Positions 1 to 9,546 of a stretch of 64,000 bases of DNA are shown here, in pieces. The notes under the pieces are model-generated. The model did not search any database, was not told where the DNA came from, and saw only the letters and a program-made list of their open reading frames with translations. How positions within the stretch are numbered: the stretch's first letter is position 1; every line of letters begins with the position of its first letter. This DNA is from Myxococcales bacterium. Lineage in GTDB: Bacteria; Myxococcota; Myxococcia; Myxococcales; UBA5297. A program made the position numbers and the translations under genes. The stretch lies in the NCBI GenBank assembly GCA_031552145.1, contig JAVBMV010000007.1, positions 34,486 to 98,485 on the forward strand, given 5' to 3'.

Positions 1-1289
1 CCCGATGCCTTCACCCCACCGAAGGGGAGCCGGGGGTCGGATTTGACGATGGCATTCACGAAGACGGCGCCAACCTCCAACTGCTCGCTGAGTGCACTGC
101 CCTTCGTGACGTCGCCGGTCCAGAGACTGGCGCCCAAGCCGAAGCGGCTCTGGTTCGCGAGGCGCACGGCGTCCTCCGTGTCTCGTGCCTTGACGATCGC
201 GGCCACGGGGCCGAAGGTCTCTTCGTCGAAGACCGCCATCCCTGGCGTAACGTCGGCCAGGACCGTCGGCGCGTAATAGAACCCCGGCCTTTCGAGCCGC
301 GCGCCGCCCAGGAGTAGCCGCGCGCCCGACTCCACGGAGCGCCGCACCAACGAATGAAGGTCATCGAGCAGATCTTCGCGCGCGAGCGGCCCAATCCGAG
401 TGGCGCGCTCCATCGGATGGCCCACCCGCAGGGCCGCCATGCGCGCGACCAGGGCCTGCTCGAACTTCGTCGCGATTCGCTGATCGACGATGAAGCGCTT
501 GGCAGCGATGCAGGACTGGCCACTGTTCTGGCAGCGCGCCTTGACCGCCGCGTCGCTCGCCGCGTCCAGGTCCGCGTCGGCCAGGACAATGAATGGATCC
601 GACCCACCCAGCTCCAGGACCGTCTTCTTGAGCGCCGCCCCTGCCGCGGAGGCCACCGCCCGCCCCGCGGCGTCGCTCCCCGTGAGCGTCACGGCCTGGA
701 TCGCCGGATGGCGGATCAAGGACTCCACCTCTCGGCCCGAGACGAGCAACGACGTGAAGACGCCAGCGGGTGCTCCCGCCGCGTGGAAGACCTCCTCGAT
801 CGCCAGCGCACAGCCGGGCACATTGGAGGCGTGTTTCAGGAGACCCACGTTTCCGGCCATCAAGGCGGGCGCGGCAAACCGGAAGACCTGCCACAGAGGG
901 AAGTTCCAAGGCATCACAGCGAGCACGGGCCCCAGGGGATCGAAGCGGACGAAGCTGGTCGAGGCTTCGGTGGAGATCTCCTGCGGCGCGAGATAATGCT
1001 CCGCGTGGTCCGCGTAGAAGTCGCAGACGGTCGCGCATTTCGCCACCTCGGCCTCGGACTCCACGATCGGCTTGCCCATCTCCTGCGTGACAAGGCTGGC
1101 AAGCTCGTCGAGGCGCTCGCGGAGAACTTCGGCTGCGCACCGTAGGACGAGCCCTCGTTGCTGGATCGGAGTTCGGTGCCAGCCCTCGAACGCCCGTTGC
1201 GCCTCGGAGAGGCGTACGGCGATCTCTTGGGACGACGGCTCGGGGTACTCGCGCAACACTCGGCCGGTTGCTGGGTCGACGGATATCAT
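1..1289 (-). CDS. NAD(P)+-dependent aldehyde dehydrogenase, succinate-semialdehyde dehydrogenase-like (C-terminus runs off the left edge)
   Basis: This gene is absent from the ORF track because it has no stop codon inside the window. My own minus-strand translation from the ATG at 1289 gives MISVDPATGRVLREYPEP... It contains the ALDH hallmarks ...KKTVLELGGSDPFIV... and ...CQNSGQSCIAAKRFIV... (catalytic Cys region, around 490-540). Confidence 0.85.
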   Translation of the reverse strand, partial: MISVDPATGRVLREYPEPSSQEIAVRLSEAQRAFEGWHRTPIQQRGLVLRCAAEVLRERLDELASLVTQEMGKPIVESEAEVAKCATVCDFYADHAEHYLAPQEISTEASTSFVRFDPLGPVLAVMPWNFPLWQVFRFAAPALMAGNVGLLKHASNVPGCALAIEEVFHAAGAPAGVFTSLLVSGREVESLIRHPAIQAVTLTGSDAAGRAVASAAGAALKKTVLELGGSDPFIVLADADLDAASDAAVKARCQNSGQSCIAAKRFIVDQRIATKFEQALVARMAALRVGHPMERATRIGPLAREDLLDDLHSLVRRSVESGARLLLGGARLERPGFYYAPTVLADVTPGMAVFDEETFGPVAAIVKARDTEDAVRLANQSRFGLGASLWTGDVTKGSALSEQLEVGAVFVNAIVKSDPRLPFGGVKAS

Positions 1290-1400
1290 CGAAGAAGTAT
1301 ATCAAGCCGGCCTGTTGAGCGTTTGCTGACCGTCAATCGATGGGAAGCACGGACGCATGGTCCAGATGTACGCTCCCGAAAACCGTAACGAGAACGTGAC

Positions 1401-4400
1401 ATGAACGTGCGATTCCCGAACAGCTTTGCGCTGACTGCTCTCCTCTGTGCCTTGCTCAATGTTGGGTGTGAATCGCCCACATCTCGCCCACTGCAGCGCC
1501 CCCTCATCCTCCTCACTTCGTCGCTTCCCGCCGGAATAATCGCGGCTCCATATCGAGCGACCCTCGCGGCTCGGGGAGGAACGTTCCCATACTCTTGGAC
1601 GGTGACGAATCTTCCGCCGGGGCTAACTGCGGACAGCGCGGGGAGCATCACCGGAGCACCGACCGCCGCGGGGACCTTCGCGGTGGTCGTCGCGGTCGCC
1701 GATGACTCGGCGCCGCCCCGGTCGGCCCAGGTGTCTTTGACGCTGGTGGTCTCACCATCGCCTCTCGCCATATGCACCTCGTCGCTTCCGTCCCGCGCGG
1801 TGGGCGCGGCATATATGGCGACTCTCGAAGCGATAGGGGGAACGCCGCCCTACGTCTGGGCCACGACGGGGCTTCCGCCGGGGCTCGCCGCGGACATCGA
1901 GGGGAGCATCACCGGAATACCGACCTCGGCGGGGACCTTCACGGTGGCCGCCGTGGTCGCCGACGCCTCCCTCCCGATTCAATCGGCCCACGCGTCGTTG
2001 ACGCTGGTGATCTCCCCACCGCCTCTCGTCATCACGACCTCGTCGCTTCCGCCCAAGGCGATCGACGCGACCTACTGGGTGCTGCTCGAAGCGACAGGAG
2101 GAACGCCGCCCTACGTCTGGAGCGCGACGGGGATTCCGCCGGGGCTCTTTGTGAGCAACGCGGGGCACCTCTCTGGAACGCCGACCGCCGCGGGAACCTA
2201 CACGGTAGTGGTCGGTGTCACCGACGCCTCGGTCCCGATCATGAACGCCCAGGCCTCGCTGACACTCGAGGTGCCGAAGTGCGACTTCCCCTCCTATCTG
2301 AGCGGTGCTGTCCTGCGCGCGGTCGCCAACGGCGATGCGACCGTCGTCGCTCAGTCGAACACACTCCTCGACGCCGCCCTCCTCGCGCTTGGGAGCGAGA
2401 CACGTCGGTACAAGCAGGACCTCGCCGCGCTCTTCGGCTGGAATCCAGATGGCACACCCAAACCATCGAGCCTCACCTCCATCGACTGGAATCCTTCCCG
2501 CGACGCCGCCGTGCTCCGCTCCACGCTCGGCGAGAACGCCGCCCTGCTCACGGCGAATACCAACGTGAACGGCTCGACGAACGGCCCCGCGCTCGCGCTC
2601 TTCGGACGCAAGGCGACCGTCCCCTATGCGATCTTCGCGTCCAACCCTTTCCGAACCGAGCGCAACGAACAGATGCAGCAGCTCCTGTTGAACCTCATGG
2701 GCCGGCTCACAGGGGGCAAGGCCGCCCTCCGAATCACCATCGCCGAGCTCGAGGAAAGCACCTACTTCCGCGACGAGAGCGCCACCCGCGCATGGCTCAC
2801 AGCGGCGCTCCCGGACGCGACGTTCAACGCCGCGGACCTGTGCGATGGCTCCGCGCTCGCTGAATGCCTCGCGCGAACCGATCTGCTCATTCTTTCGAAT
2901 AGCAAGCGCGCAGCGGACGACGCCGACCAAATCGTTGCCTCCATCAGAGGCGCAATGAAGAGGGGCGTTCCGGTCGTCTATTTCCACTTCGATGGCGGCG
3001 AGACAGAGCTCAGCCAGAAGCTCTTCGCCGCCTTGGACGTGACCTATGTGGGCGACAACTACTGGCAGAAATACAGGCTCGTGGGCCTCGATCTAGGAAC
3101 AGTGCTCGAGGGTATGTCTCCCGAACAGGCGAAGATCGCGGTCCTCCTCGAGCACCTGCAGAGCGGGCAGTACGACTTCGCGCTCGCCGAGGCACCCGGC
3201 CACCCGAAGTATGTCGAGCAATTCAAGGATGGCGCCGAGGCCGTCCGGAACATGATGCTCGCCTACGATCAGTCGGCGACCGACATCTTCGGGACCTGCG
3301 GCAACTATGTGCCCCGGCTGCTCGCGCTCGCGGGCGATAGGCTCCGGATGGACATTCGATACCCCCTGAAGGTCGAGGGCCCCGGGACAAACCTCCAGAC
3401 CTTCCTGCGCGCCTATTACGCCGATCATGCCGTCCTCAACGTCCGCCGCGTCGCGCCCGCGCAGCCAGATCGGGGATCCTTCGATCCCCGCGATCTCTCC
3501 CAGGTCGTGGCGACCACGCGCATCGTCGACCTGACCAGTCGCGCCGCGTTCCGGTCCACGGGCGCCTACGCACTTCCGGGGCGCCCGATGACCGTCACGC
3601 GGCTCGATAGCGGAGCAGGGCGGGTCTCGGTCTTCGTCAACACTCTGCGAGCGGGCTCCACCCACGAATGGGAGGACACCAATTACGGTGGGTACGCGCG
3701 CCCCAAGTTTCTCCAGAGCGCGCATGTGCCTCTCACTCCGGGGAAGCCCGTCGTCCTGACCAGCGTCTATGGCGGCCCCGTCCAGCTCGAGTTCGATCAG
3801 AACGACGTTCAGGTCCAGGTGAAGTTCCAGAACGTTGGCGAGCACCCCTATTGGACCCATCCGTCCGACGACGCAAAGTTCGAGGCGGCGATCGCCACCA
3901 ATATCTACAACTGGGTCGAGATCGCCACCGAGGGGTTCGAGGTCCACAGCGCGATGTTGCGATATGAAGCGACCGCAAAGGACCCGCGGTGGAATACGCC
4001 GGCGAAACTCACGGCGGCCATTCGGCGCTATACCTACGACGTCACGTTCCGTCTTGCGGGCTACCGGGGCGAGGGCATCACGGAGATCCCGGAGATCGTC
4101 GATTGGGCAAATGGACTGGGGCTGGCCCGGCCGACGCTCGACAAAATGATCCACGGCAATTTCGACCAGCCCCTGTGTGGCGCGGGTTGTTCGGGAAATC
4201 CTTACGACGCGGGCTGGGGGTTCTCGCCGGTCGGGCATGGCGACATCCATGAGTTGGGACATAGCCTCCAGAGCGCGCGGTTCCAGTTGACGCACCACAA
4301 CGGGACCCTCTCCCACGCCAACCATTCCGTCACCAATTGGTGGGCGTTCTACGTCGCCAACACGTGGAACGATGAGAACCCCGAGCTACCTGGCGCGTCC

Positions 4401-5000
4401 ACTTGGGCAGTCAACCACCAGAGCAGCTTCGACGCACTCCAGAGAGCGTTTGTCGAGGCGCCCGGCGAACGCGCCGGCTTCTCCACAGTCATGGACGACT
4501 TCGTCGCGGAGAAGCTCGCGGCGGACGCGGAGGGGGCGCTCGAGTACAACTACACCTTCTTCCAGCAAGCGATGATGGTCGCGAAGCGGCGGGGCGTGTT
4601 GGAGAATGGCTGGCACCTCGTGGCGCGTCTCCACCTTCTGCTGCGCGCGTTCGACGGCGCGCGGGCCAGCGCCGCGGCCTGGGATGCGGCTAAGGAGCGG
4701 CTGGGATTCGGAGATTACTCTCTCGACGAGGCCTCGAAGATTTCAAACAATGACTTCACCGCGATCGCACTCTCCTATGTGAACGGGCTGGATTTCCAAG
4801 ACTTCTTCGATATGTACGGACTCGCCGTCGGCGCCAAGGCGAAGGCGCAGATCCAGGGCTTCTCCTTCCCGGTCGTCGAGCGGGTCTTCTTCGCGCTCGC
4901 CCCTCTGTCGTACCAGCGGGGAGCCATGACGAGCAGGGCGGCGAGCTTTCAGGAGATCCCCATCGACGGGGCGACGCCATGGCCGGCGACGATCCCTTAG
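1401..5000 (+). CDS. Secreted, probably lipoprotein, M60-like/ImpA-family zinc metalloprotease with three N-terminal He_PIG-type Ig repeats
   Basis: 1199-aa ORF. The N-terminus is a hydrophobic leader ending ...LLNVGCES. It has three ~87-aa repeats of the form TSSLP..Y...L.A.GGTPPY.W...G.PPGL......G.I.G.PT.AGTF. The C-terminal region carries the HEXXH motif in ...GDIHELGHSLQ.... Confidence 0.8.
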   Translation: MNVRFPNSFALTALLCALLNVGCESPTSRPLQRPLILLTSSLPAGIIAAPYRATLAARGGTFPYSWTVTNLPPGLTADSAGSITGAPTAAGTFAVVVAVADDSAPPRSAQVSLTLVVSPSPLAICTSSLPSRAVGAAYMATLEAIGGTPPYVWATTGLPPGLAADIEGSITGIPTSAGTFTVAAVVADASLPIQSAHASLTLVISPPPLVITTSSLPPKAIDATYWVLLEATGGTPPYVWSATGIPPGLFVSNAGHLSGTPTAAGTYTVVVGVTDASVPIMNAQASLTLEVPKCDFPSYLSGAVLRAVANGDATVVAQSNTLLDAALLALGSETRRYKQDLAALFGWNPDGTPKPSSLTSIDWNPSRDAAVLRSTLGENAALLTANTNVNGSTNGPALALFGRKATVPYAIFASNPFRTERNEQMQQLLLNLMGRLTGGKAALRITIAELEESTYFRDESATRAWLTAALPDATFNAADLCDGSALAECLARTDLLILSNSKRAADDADQIVASIRGAMKRGVPVVYFHFDGGETELSQKLFAALDVTYVGDNYWQKYRLVGLDLGTVLEGMSPEQAKIAVLLEHLQSGQYDFALAEAPGHPKYVEQFKDGAEAVRNMMLAYDQSATDIFGTCGNYVPRLLALAGDRLRMDIRYPLKVEGPGTNLQTFLRAYYADHAVLNVRRVAPAQPDRGSFDPRDLSQVVATTRIVDLTSRAAFRSTGAYALPGRPMTVTRLDSGAGRVSVFVNTLRAGSTHEWEDTNYGGYARPKFLQSAHVPLTPGKPVVLTSVYGGPVQLEFDQNDVQVQVKFQNVGEHPYWTHPSDDAKFEAAIATNIYNWVEIATEGFEVHSAMLRYEATAKDPRWNTPAKLTAAIRRYTYDVTFRLAGYRGEGITEIPEIVDWANGLGLARPTLDKMIHGNFDQPLCGAGCSGNPYDAGWGFSPVGHGDIHELGHSLQSARFQLTHHNGTLSHANHSVTNWWAFYVANTWNDENPELPGASTWAVNHQSSFDALQRAFVEAPGERAGFSTVMDDFVAEKLAADAEGALEYNYTFFQQAMMVAKRRGVLENGWHLVARLHLLLRAFDGARASAAAWDAAKERLGFGDYSLDEASKISNNDFTAIALSYVNGLDFQDFFDMYGLAVGAKAKAQIQGFSFPVVERVFFALAPLSYQRGAMTSRAASFQEIPIDGATPWPATIP
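1515..2280 (+). repeat. Three in-frame tandem copies (period 261 bp) encoding the Ig-like repeats of the metalloprotease
   Basis: The repeat units start at 1515, 1776 and 2037, each at the codons for TSSLP. Nucleotide blocks such as acctcgtcgcttcc and ggaacgccgccctacgtctgg recur between units. Confidence 0.8.
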
Positions 5001-5254
5001 TTCGCAGCGCGGTCGAAGCCTTCATGGGTGGCAAGGCCACCGCACGACGAAGGCACGGGGCGGATATCGAAGGAGGTGGCCATGTTGGGAGTCTCCGGGA
5101 GCGTCATCTCGATCAGCGCCGCCGCAAGGGAGGGGGCCAGGTAGACCTCTCGGAAGTGCTTCCGGTCCTTGAGGGACAGGGCCTCTTGGAGCTGGGTCCG
5201 GGACATCTCTCCGCGCAGTACCCGGATGAGATCATTGAAGATAGGGTAGTTTGA
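4997..5254 (-). pseudogene. Orphan C-terminal winged-helix fragment of a Fic/AlbA_2-HATPase_c_4-type regulator (remnant)
   Basis: The tail of ORF 4997..5686(-) reads ...IFNDLIRVLRGEMSRTQLQEALSLKDRKHFREVYLAPSLAAALIEMTLPETPN.... This is the conserved C-terminal module seen at the end of those proteins. No upstream catalytic domain is present, and only a GTG start is available. Confidence 0.4.
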
Positions 5255-5368
5255 CACATGCGGGAGCCCTCCACCGAGGGAGCATTTGGGCCAGTTGATG
5301 AGCACCTTCAACCTCGCCGTGAACATGACGAACGAAGGACCGGGCGAGATGTGGAAGAAGGAGCGCAC

Positions 5369-8044
5369 ATGCAACGGCTTGCCGTCCTCTTCCTGTCGGT
5401 CGCCCTGTTCGCAACCTCTCGCTACGGGCCAGCCCATGCTGCGGCCCCCCTCCCCGGGCCCGACATGGAGGCTCTCTTGCACGACGGCTATATCCGCGCG
5501 ATCGCCCAGATGGCGTACGTCTGGGGCTGGCCGTTGGTGAATATGATCAACCGGCGCCACAAGATCACCCAGGCTCCGCATCCAGGCCTGCTGGGCGGCG
5601 TAATGCCGGGTGCCCCACGTGGCCAGATCGCCATGCTCCATGACTACATGGACGCGACCGAGACCTTCATCGCTTGCCCCAACCAAGACGTGGTCTACGG
5701 TCTCGGCTTCCTATCGCTCGATGAAGAGCCGGTGGTCGTTCAAGTTCCCGCCTTCAGAGACCGATTCTGGATCTACGCGCTGTACGACGCCCGCACCAAT
5801 CAGTTCGGCCAAATCGGCCGGCCCTATTCCAGCAAGCCTGGGTTCTATTTGCTGGTCGGCCCTCACTGGAAGGGCACAGTCCCCAAAGGCATCACCGAGG
5901 TCGTTCGCAGCCCAACCGAATTGGCGAGCCTCGTCCCGCGCGTATTCATGGACGACACCGACGCGGACCGCCAAGCGATCCAGCCAATCATCAATCAGAT
6001 CGCGGCCTACCCGCTGACCCAATTCGACGGCCGAATAAAGACGATCGATTGGGCCAAGGCGCCGACGATCCCGACCCCGGCCCCGAAGCACGGAGGCGAA
6101 ACCCAATGGGTCGTCCCCGAAACATTCTTTGACCAGGACCAATTCGGCAGGGCGCTCGATATCGTCCCCCCGCTGCCCGGCGAAGAAGCGCTGTATGCCC
6201 AGTTCCGCGCGTTGATGGCCGCCGCGGAGCGGGACCCGGCGATCAGACAGCACCTGATCGAGATCGCGCGGGAGACGGAGGAGACCGCCATCAAACCGTT
6301 CTTCCTATGGAAGCACAACGGCAAGCCGGCCGGCAACCAATGGAACCGGTCGGTGCACAACGCCGAGACCGGCCTGGACTACTTCAACCGCACCGCCACG
6401 GCCAAATCGAACATGTTCGAAAACCGCCCGAACGAGACCCAGTACTACTACACCGATGTCGACGTGGAGAGACGGCCATTAACGGGCGACTCGACCTACG
6501 AAATCACTTTTCCGGCCGGCCAAGAGCCACCGGTGAATGGCTTCTGGTCGCTGACACTCTACAACGACAAGCACCTGTTTCACCCCAACACGCTCAAGCG
6601 CTACTCGCTGGGCACCAAGAACAAGACCCTAAAGCGTAACGCGGATGGGTCACTCACCCTCTATGCCGGAGCGAAATCGCCAGGCGGCGATAAAGAACCC
6701 AACTGGCTACCGGCGCCGAACGGCCCCTTCTCGCTGTACCTCCGGGCCTATTGGGGCAAGGAGGCTATCGCCAACGGCAACTGGAAACCACCGTCCATCA
6801 CCTCGACAACCTCGGATCACGACATCACCGATGCCTATCACTATTTATTGGGGCGCCTGCTCGTCCTGCGCCAAATGCAACTCGACTTCCAAAAAGAAGG
6901 ATTCCAGTGGAACGAACTCGTCCACCGCGATATCGGCGGCGTGGCATGGGCCAACCCCAACCTCGACGTGGCCTACAGCGAAGCCTGGATCGCTGTCGAC
7001 CCAACCAGTTGCACCATTGTCCGCGTGCCCAAAATCCAGGGGCGTTACTACACCGTGCAGTTTCTCAATGGATGGGGAGAGACGACCGCCAACATCAATG
7101 AGCGCACCTATCCCGAGCGCCCATCCGGCGATTTCTGGGTGTGCCTGAAGGGTGCCCCCGTCCAGGTCCCCGCCGACGCGCAGCGCGTCGACTTGCCGGC
7201 CAGAACGGCGCGCGTGCTCGCGCGCGTGGAGCTGGGCTCTACCCCGAGGCAAGCGTCGGCTTTGCAGCACCAGATCACGTTCCGGCCAAGCGGTACGCCG
7301 ACGTCACCGAAGCTGCCCCATACGCCGAACTTCGGCAACAACGAGCTGCCAGGAGTCGAGGCGTTCGACGCGGACACGGTGAACGCCGCCCTCGCCGAAC
7401 AGGACATCAACCCGGGCATGGAGCCGCTGCAAGCCAAAGTGCGCGCGATCTCGCGGGCCGTCCAGGACCCCACCGAACGCCAACGCGTGGCCGGGGTCAT
7501 CCGGGAGCAGGCAGAGCCCGCGCTGAAGAAGGCGATCGCCGATCTCGGGACATCCCGCAACGGCTGGAATCGACCCGACACGATCGGCCGCTATGGTAGC
7601 GACTACCGGACGCGGACGATCGTCGATCTACTCGGGATTTGGGCCAACGACACCACGGAAGCGCTCTATTTCGTGACCGACACCGACGGCGCTGGCGCAC
7701 CGCTGGACGGCAGCCACACCTACGCCATGAAGTTCGAGAAAGGAAACCGCCCCGAGGAGAATGTTCGGTATTTCTGGTCGGTCGTCGCGGTCGACGGTGT
7801 GAAGTTCCAGGTCATCCCCAATCCCCAACAGCGCTTCCTGATCAATCAGGAATCCAACTTGGCCTATGGCGACGACGGATCGCTGACACTTTACTTTGCG
7901 CCAGTCAGACCCAAGGGCGCCCCCGATGGCAACTGGCTGCCGACGCCCAAAGGACAGACCTACCGGCTGACTTTCCGCGCTTACGGCCCGGGCGAGGCGC
8001 TGCGCTCCGGCCAGTGGTTTCCCGCGCCGCTGGTAAAACATTGA
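5369..8044 (+). CDS. Exported DUF1254/DUF1214 protein, two tandem DUF1254-DUF1214 modules fused
   Basis: The ATG at 5369 is preceded by gaaggag and gives the signal-like MQRLAVLFLSVALFATS... DUF1214-like ...NGFWSLTLYNDKH... and ...RYFWSVVAVDG... occur in the first and second halves. DUF1254-like ...GRYYTVQFLNGWGETT... is also present. Confidence 0.8.
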   Translation: MQRLAVLFLSVALFATSRYGPAHAAAPLPGPDMEALLHDGYIRAIAQMAYVWGWPLVNMINRRHKITQAPHPGLLGGVMPGAPRGQIAMLHDYMDATETFIACPNQDVVYGLGFLSLDEEPVVVQVPAFRDRFWIYALYDARTNQFGQIGRPYSSKPGFYLLVGPHWKGTVPKGITEVVRSPTELASLVPRVFMDDTDADRQAIQPIINQIAAYPLTQFDGRIKTIDWAKAPTIPTPAPKHGGETQWVVPETFFDQDQFGRALDIVPPLPGEEALYAQFRALMAAAERDPAIRQHLIEIARETEETAIKPFFLWKHNGKPAGNQWNRSVHNAETGLDYFNRTATAKSNMFENRPNETQYYYTDVDVERRPLTGDSTYEITFPAGQEPPVNGFWSLTLYNDKHLFHPNTLKRYSLGTKNKTLKRNADGSLTLYAGAKSPGGDKEPNWLPAPNGPFSLYLRAYWGKEAIANGNWKPPSITSTTSDHDITDAYHYLLGRLLVLRQMQLDFQKEGFQWNELVHRDIGGVAWANPNLDVAYSEAWIAVDPTSCTIVRVPKIQGRYYTVQFLNGWGETTANINERTYPERPSGDFWVCLKGAPVQVPADAQRVDLPARTARVLARVELGSTPRQASALQHQITFRPSGTPTSPKLPHTPNFGNNELPGVEAFDADTVNAALAEQDINPGMEPLQAKVRAISRAVQDPTERQRVAGVIREQAEPALKKAIADLGTSRNGWNRPDTIGRYGSDYRTRTIVDLLGIWANDTTEALYFVTDTDGAGAPLDGSHTYAMKFEKGNRPEENVRYFWSVVAVDGVKFQVIPNPQQRFLINQESNLAYGDDGSLTLYFAPVRPKGAPDGNWLPTPKGQTYRLTFRAYGPGEALRSGQWFPAPLVKH

Positions 8045-8081
8045 TGATCGGCGGCCGGGTCGGCTCTGCGAGGCCGCTCAC

Positions 8082-8300
8082 GGGCTCTACTACTCGCCGA
8101 TCTCTTCCAAGTTCGGGCCAGCGCCCGTGCCCGACGAGGTGCTGTTGGAGGCGCTCCTGGACGGGGAACCGTTCATTATCTCTGGGCCACAGATGTGGAA
8201 CGCCCTCGGTCTCGGCTCGACCGCGATGTTCGCCGCGACGCTCGTCTACAACACGCGGCGAACCGGGGAGTACACGCTGGACGGGCGGCGGTTCCTCTGA
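8082..8300 (+). pseudogene. Start-less fragment of an AbiEi/DUF6088-like antitoxin
   Basis: My own translation gives GLYYSPISSKFGPAPVPDEVLLEALLDGEPFIISGPQMWNALGLGSTAMFAATLVYNTRRTGEYTLDGRRFL*. It has no usable start codon and abuts the stop of the preceding gene. Confidence 0.45.
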
Positions 8301-8431
8301 ACTCATCCGACGCGCTCTGGTCTTCGCCCGTTGGAAGGTCGTCGGCTGACACTGCGTTGCTCGGAACGGCTGATTCAGACAACTTTGTTGGTCCGCCGGA
8401 GCCTCGGCAGTGACCGCAATCATACCGTGCG

Positions 8432-9115
8432 CTAACAGGCGCACCTCTTTCCCTTCCATGCGTTCCGTCCTTCCCGAAGGATGAGCGCCGCAATGACGAG
8501 CGCTGCGACCGGATCCGCCCACCACCAACCTAGGGTTCCGTTCAAGACTACGCCCAGGAGCGCGGTAACGGACAGCCACCAGCAGGCGGTGGTCTGGAAC
8601 GCATCTGCTTCCATGGCCCCGCTGTCGAGAGCGCGAGCGATCCTCCGTTTGGCCCGTGCGAGCCATAGCATCACTGCGATGGAGATTGCGAGGAGCGCGA
8701 CTCCGATCGTCGTGAAGGCCGGATGCTCTCCCGTCCAGAGCGTCGATATCGCGTCGAACGCGATATAGCCCGCGAGGCCGACCAGCGAGACAGCCACGAG
8801 CCGTCGTGCGCGGTGTTCCAGTGCGTCGAGGCGCTGTTCGGAATGGCGGTGGCGGCGTTCGGAGCGCAAGCGCCAGATCATCACCAGGGCAGAGGCGCAC
8901 TCGACGAAGCTGTCGATGCCGAAGCCGAGGACGGCTACGCTCCCCGCAGTCAGAGCGGCGGAAATGGCGACCACCCCCTCGATGACGTTCCAGGCAACCG
9001 TCAGGTACTCAAGTCGCAGCGCCTGGTCGACGAGGTCGCTGCGCAGCCTCCGTTCGGCACAGCCTCCACGACAATGGCATACGGCGTCGACCCGAGTGTC
9101 GAGTTCAGTGTTCAT
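8432..9115 (-). CDS. Cation-efflux (CDF-like transmembrane domain) protein with Cys-rich termini
   Basis: The internal ATG at 9115 gives MNTELDTRVDAVCHCRGGC.... This is followed by ...LEYLTVAWNVIEGVVAISAALTAGSVAVLGFGIDSFVECASALVMIWRL.... The protein has multiple TM segments and ends ...KGKRCAC. Confidence 0.7.
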   Translation of the reverse strand: MNTELDTRVDAVCHCRGGCAERRLRSDLVDQALRLEYLTVAWNVIEGVVAISAALTAGSVAVLGFGIDSFVECASALVMIWRLRSERRHRHSEQRLDALEHRARRLVAVSLVGLAGYIAFDAISTLWTGEHPAFTTIGVALLAISIAVMLWLARAKRRIARALDSGAMEADAFQTTACWWLSVTALLGVVLNGTLGWWWADPVAALVIAALILREGRNAWKGKRCAC

Positions 9116-9428
9116 GGCATTCCCGGCGGATGAAGGTGTCGGCGATGAAAGATTTCGCTCCCCCGACCCCTGAGATGTGGAGCCAGGGAGTGGCGTCTCC
9201 ACCATGCCACTCGAGCGAGAAGTCGAGGAAGGAGCAGCCGCGATGTTCGAGGCAGATGAATTCCGCCATCCGGACGAAGCGAACAGGGTCAGGCGCAAAC
9301 CGGAAGGAAAATCCAACAGCCGACTCTCGGACCTCGAGAATCGTGTTCAGGTGCTCGCTCAAGAGCATCTGTTCGCGTTCGCGCTCGTTCGGGGCGAGGG
9401 CGCCGAGGCAACAGCAGATCGATTTCAT
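9105..9428 (-). CDS. Small Cys-rich hypothetical protein, first gene of the MerR-controlled operon
   Basis: The ATG at 9428 gives MKSICCCLGALAPNE...FICLEHRGCSFLDF...RRECHEH (107 aa). Its 3' end overlaps the start of the efflux gene by 11 nt. Confidence 0.5.
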   Translation of the reverse strand: MKSICCCLGALAPNEREREQMLLSEHLNTILEVRESAVGFSFRFAPDPVRFVRMAEFICLEHRGCSFLDFSLEWHGGDATPWLHISGVGGAKSFIADTFIRRECHEH

Positions 9429-9504
9429 AGTCTCCTCGAGCCAAGGTGGGCCAAGGGCCGCGAGGACGGTTTTCAGGGCACTTCGAAGTCTCGTCTCGAG
9501 TGTA

Positions 9505-9530
9505 GAGTCTTGACCTGACTCAAGAGTCAA
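9505..9530 (-). promoter_or_regulatory. MerR-type operator/promoter in the divergent intergenic region
   Basis: The minus strand reads TTGACTCTTGAGTCAGGTCAAGACTCTACAC. It has a TTGACT -35 followed by the imperfect dyad GACTCTTGA-N6-TCAAGACTC inside a long (about 19-20 bp) spacer. This architecture resembles ZntR/MerR-class promoters. Confidence 0.5.
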
Positions 9531-9546
9531 TGCTAGCGAATCGAAG

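Noticed and set aside
5258-5368. The N-terminal extension of the DUF1254/1214 ORF, and the 229-aa antisense ORF 4997..5686.
   Set aside because: The ATG at 5369 has a GAAGGAG RBS and starts a signal peptide. In the antisense ORF only the last ~85 codons resemble a known module (reported as a remnant).
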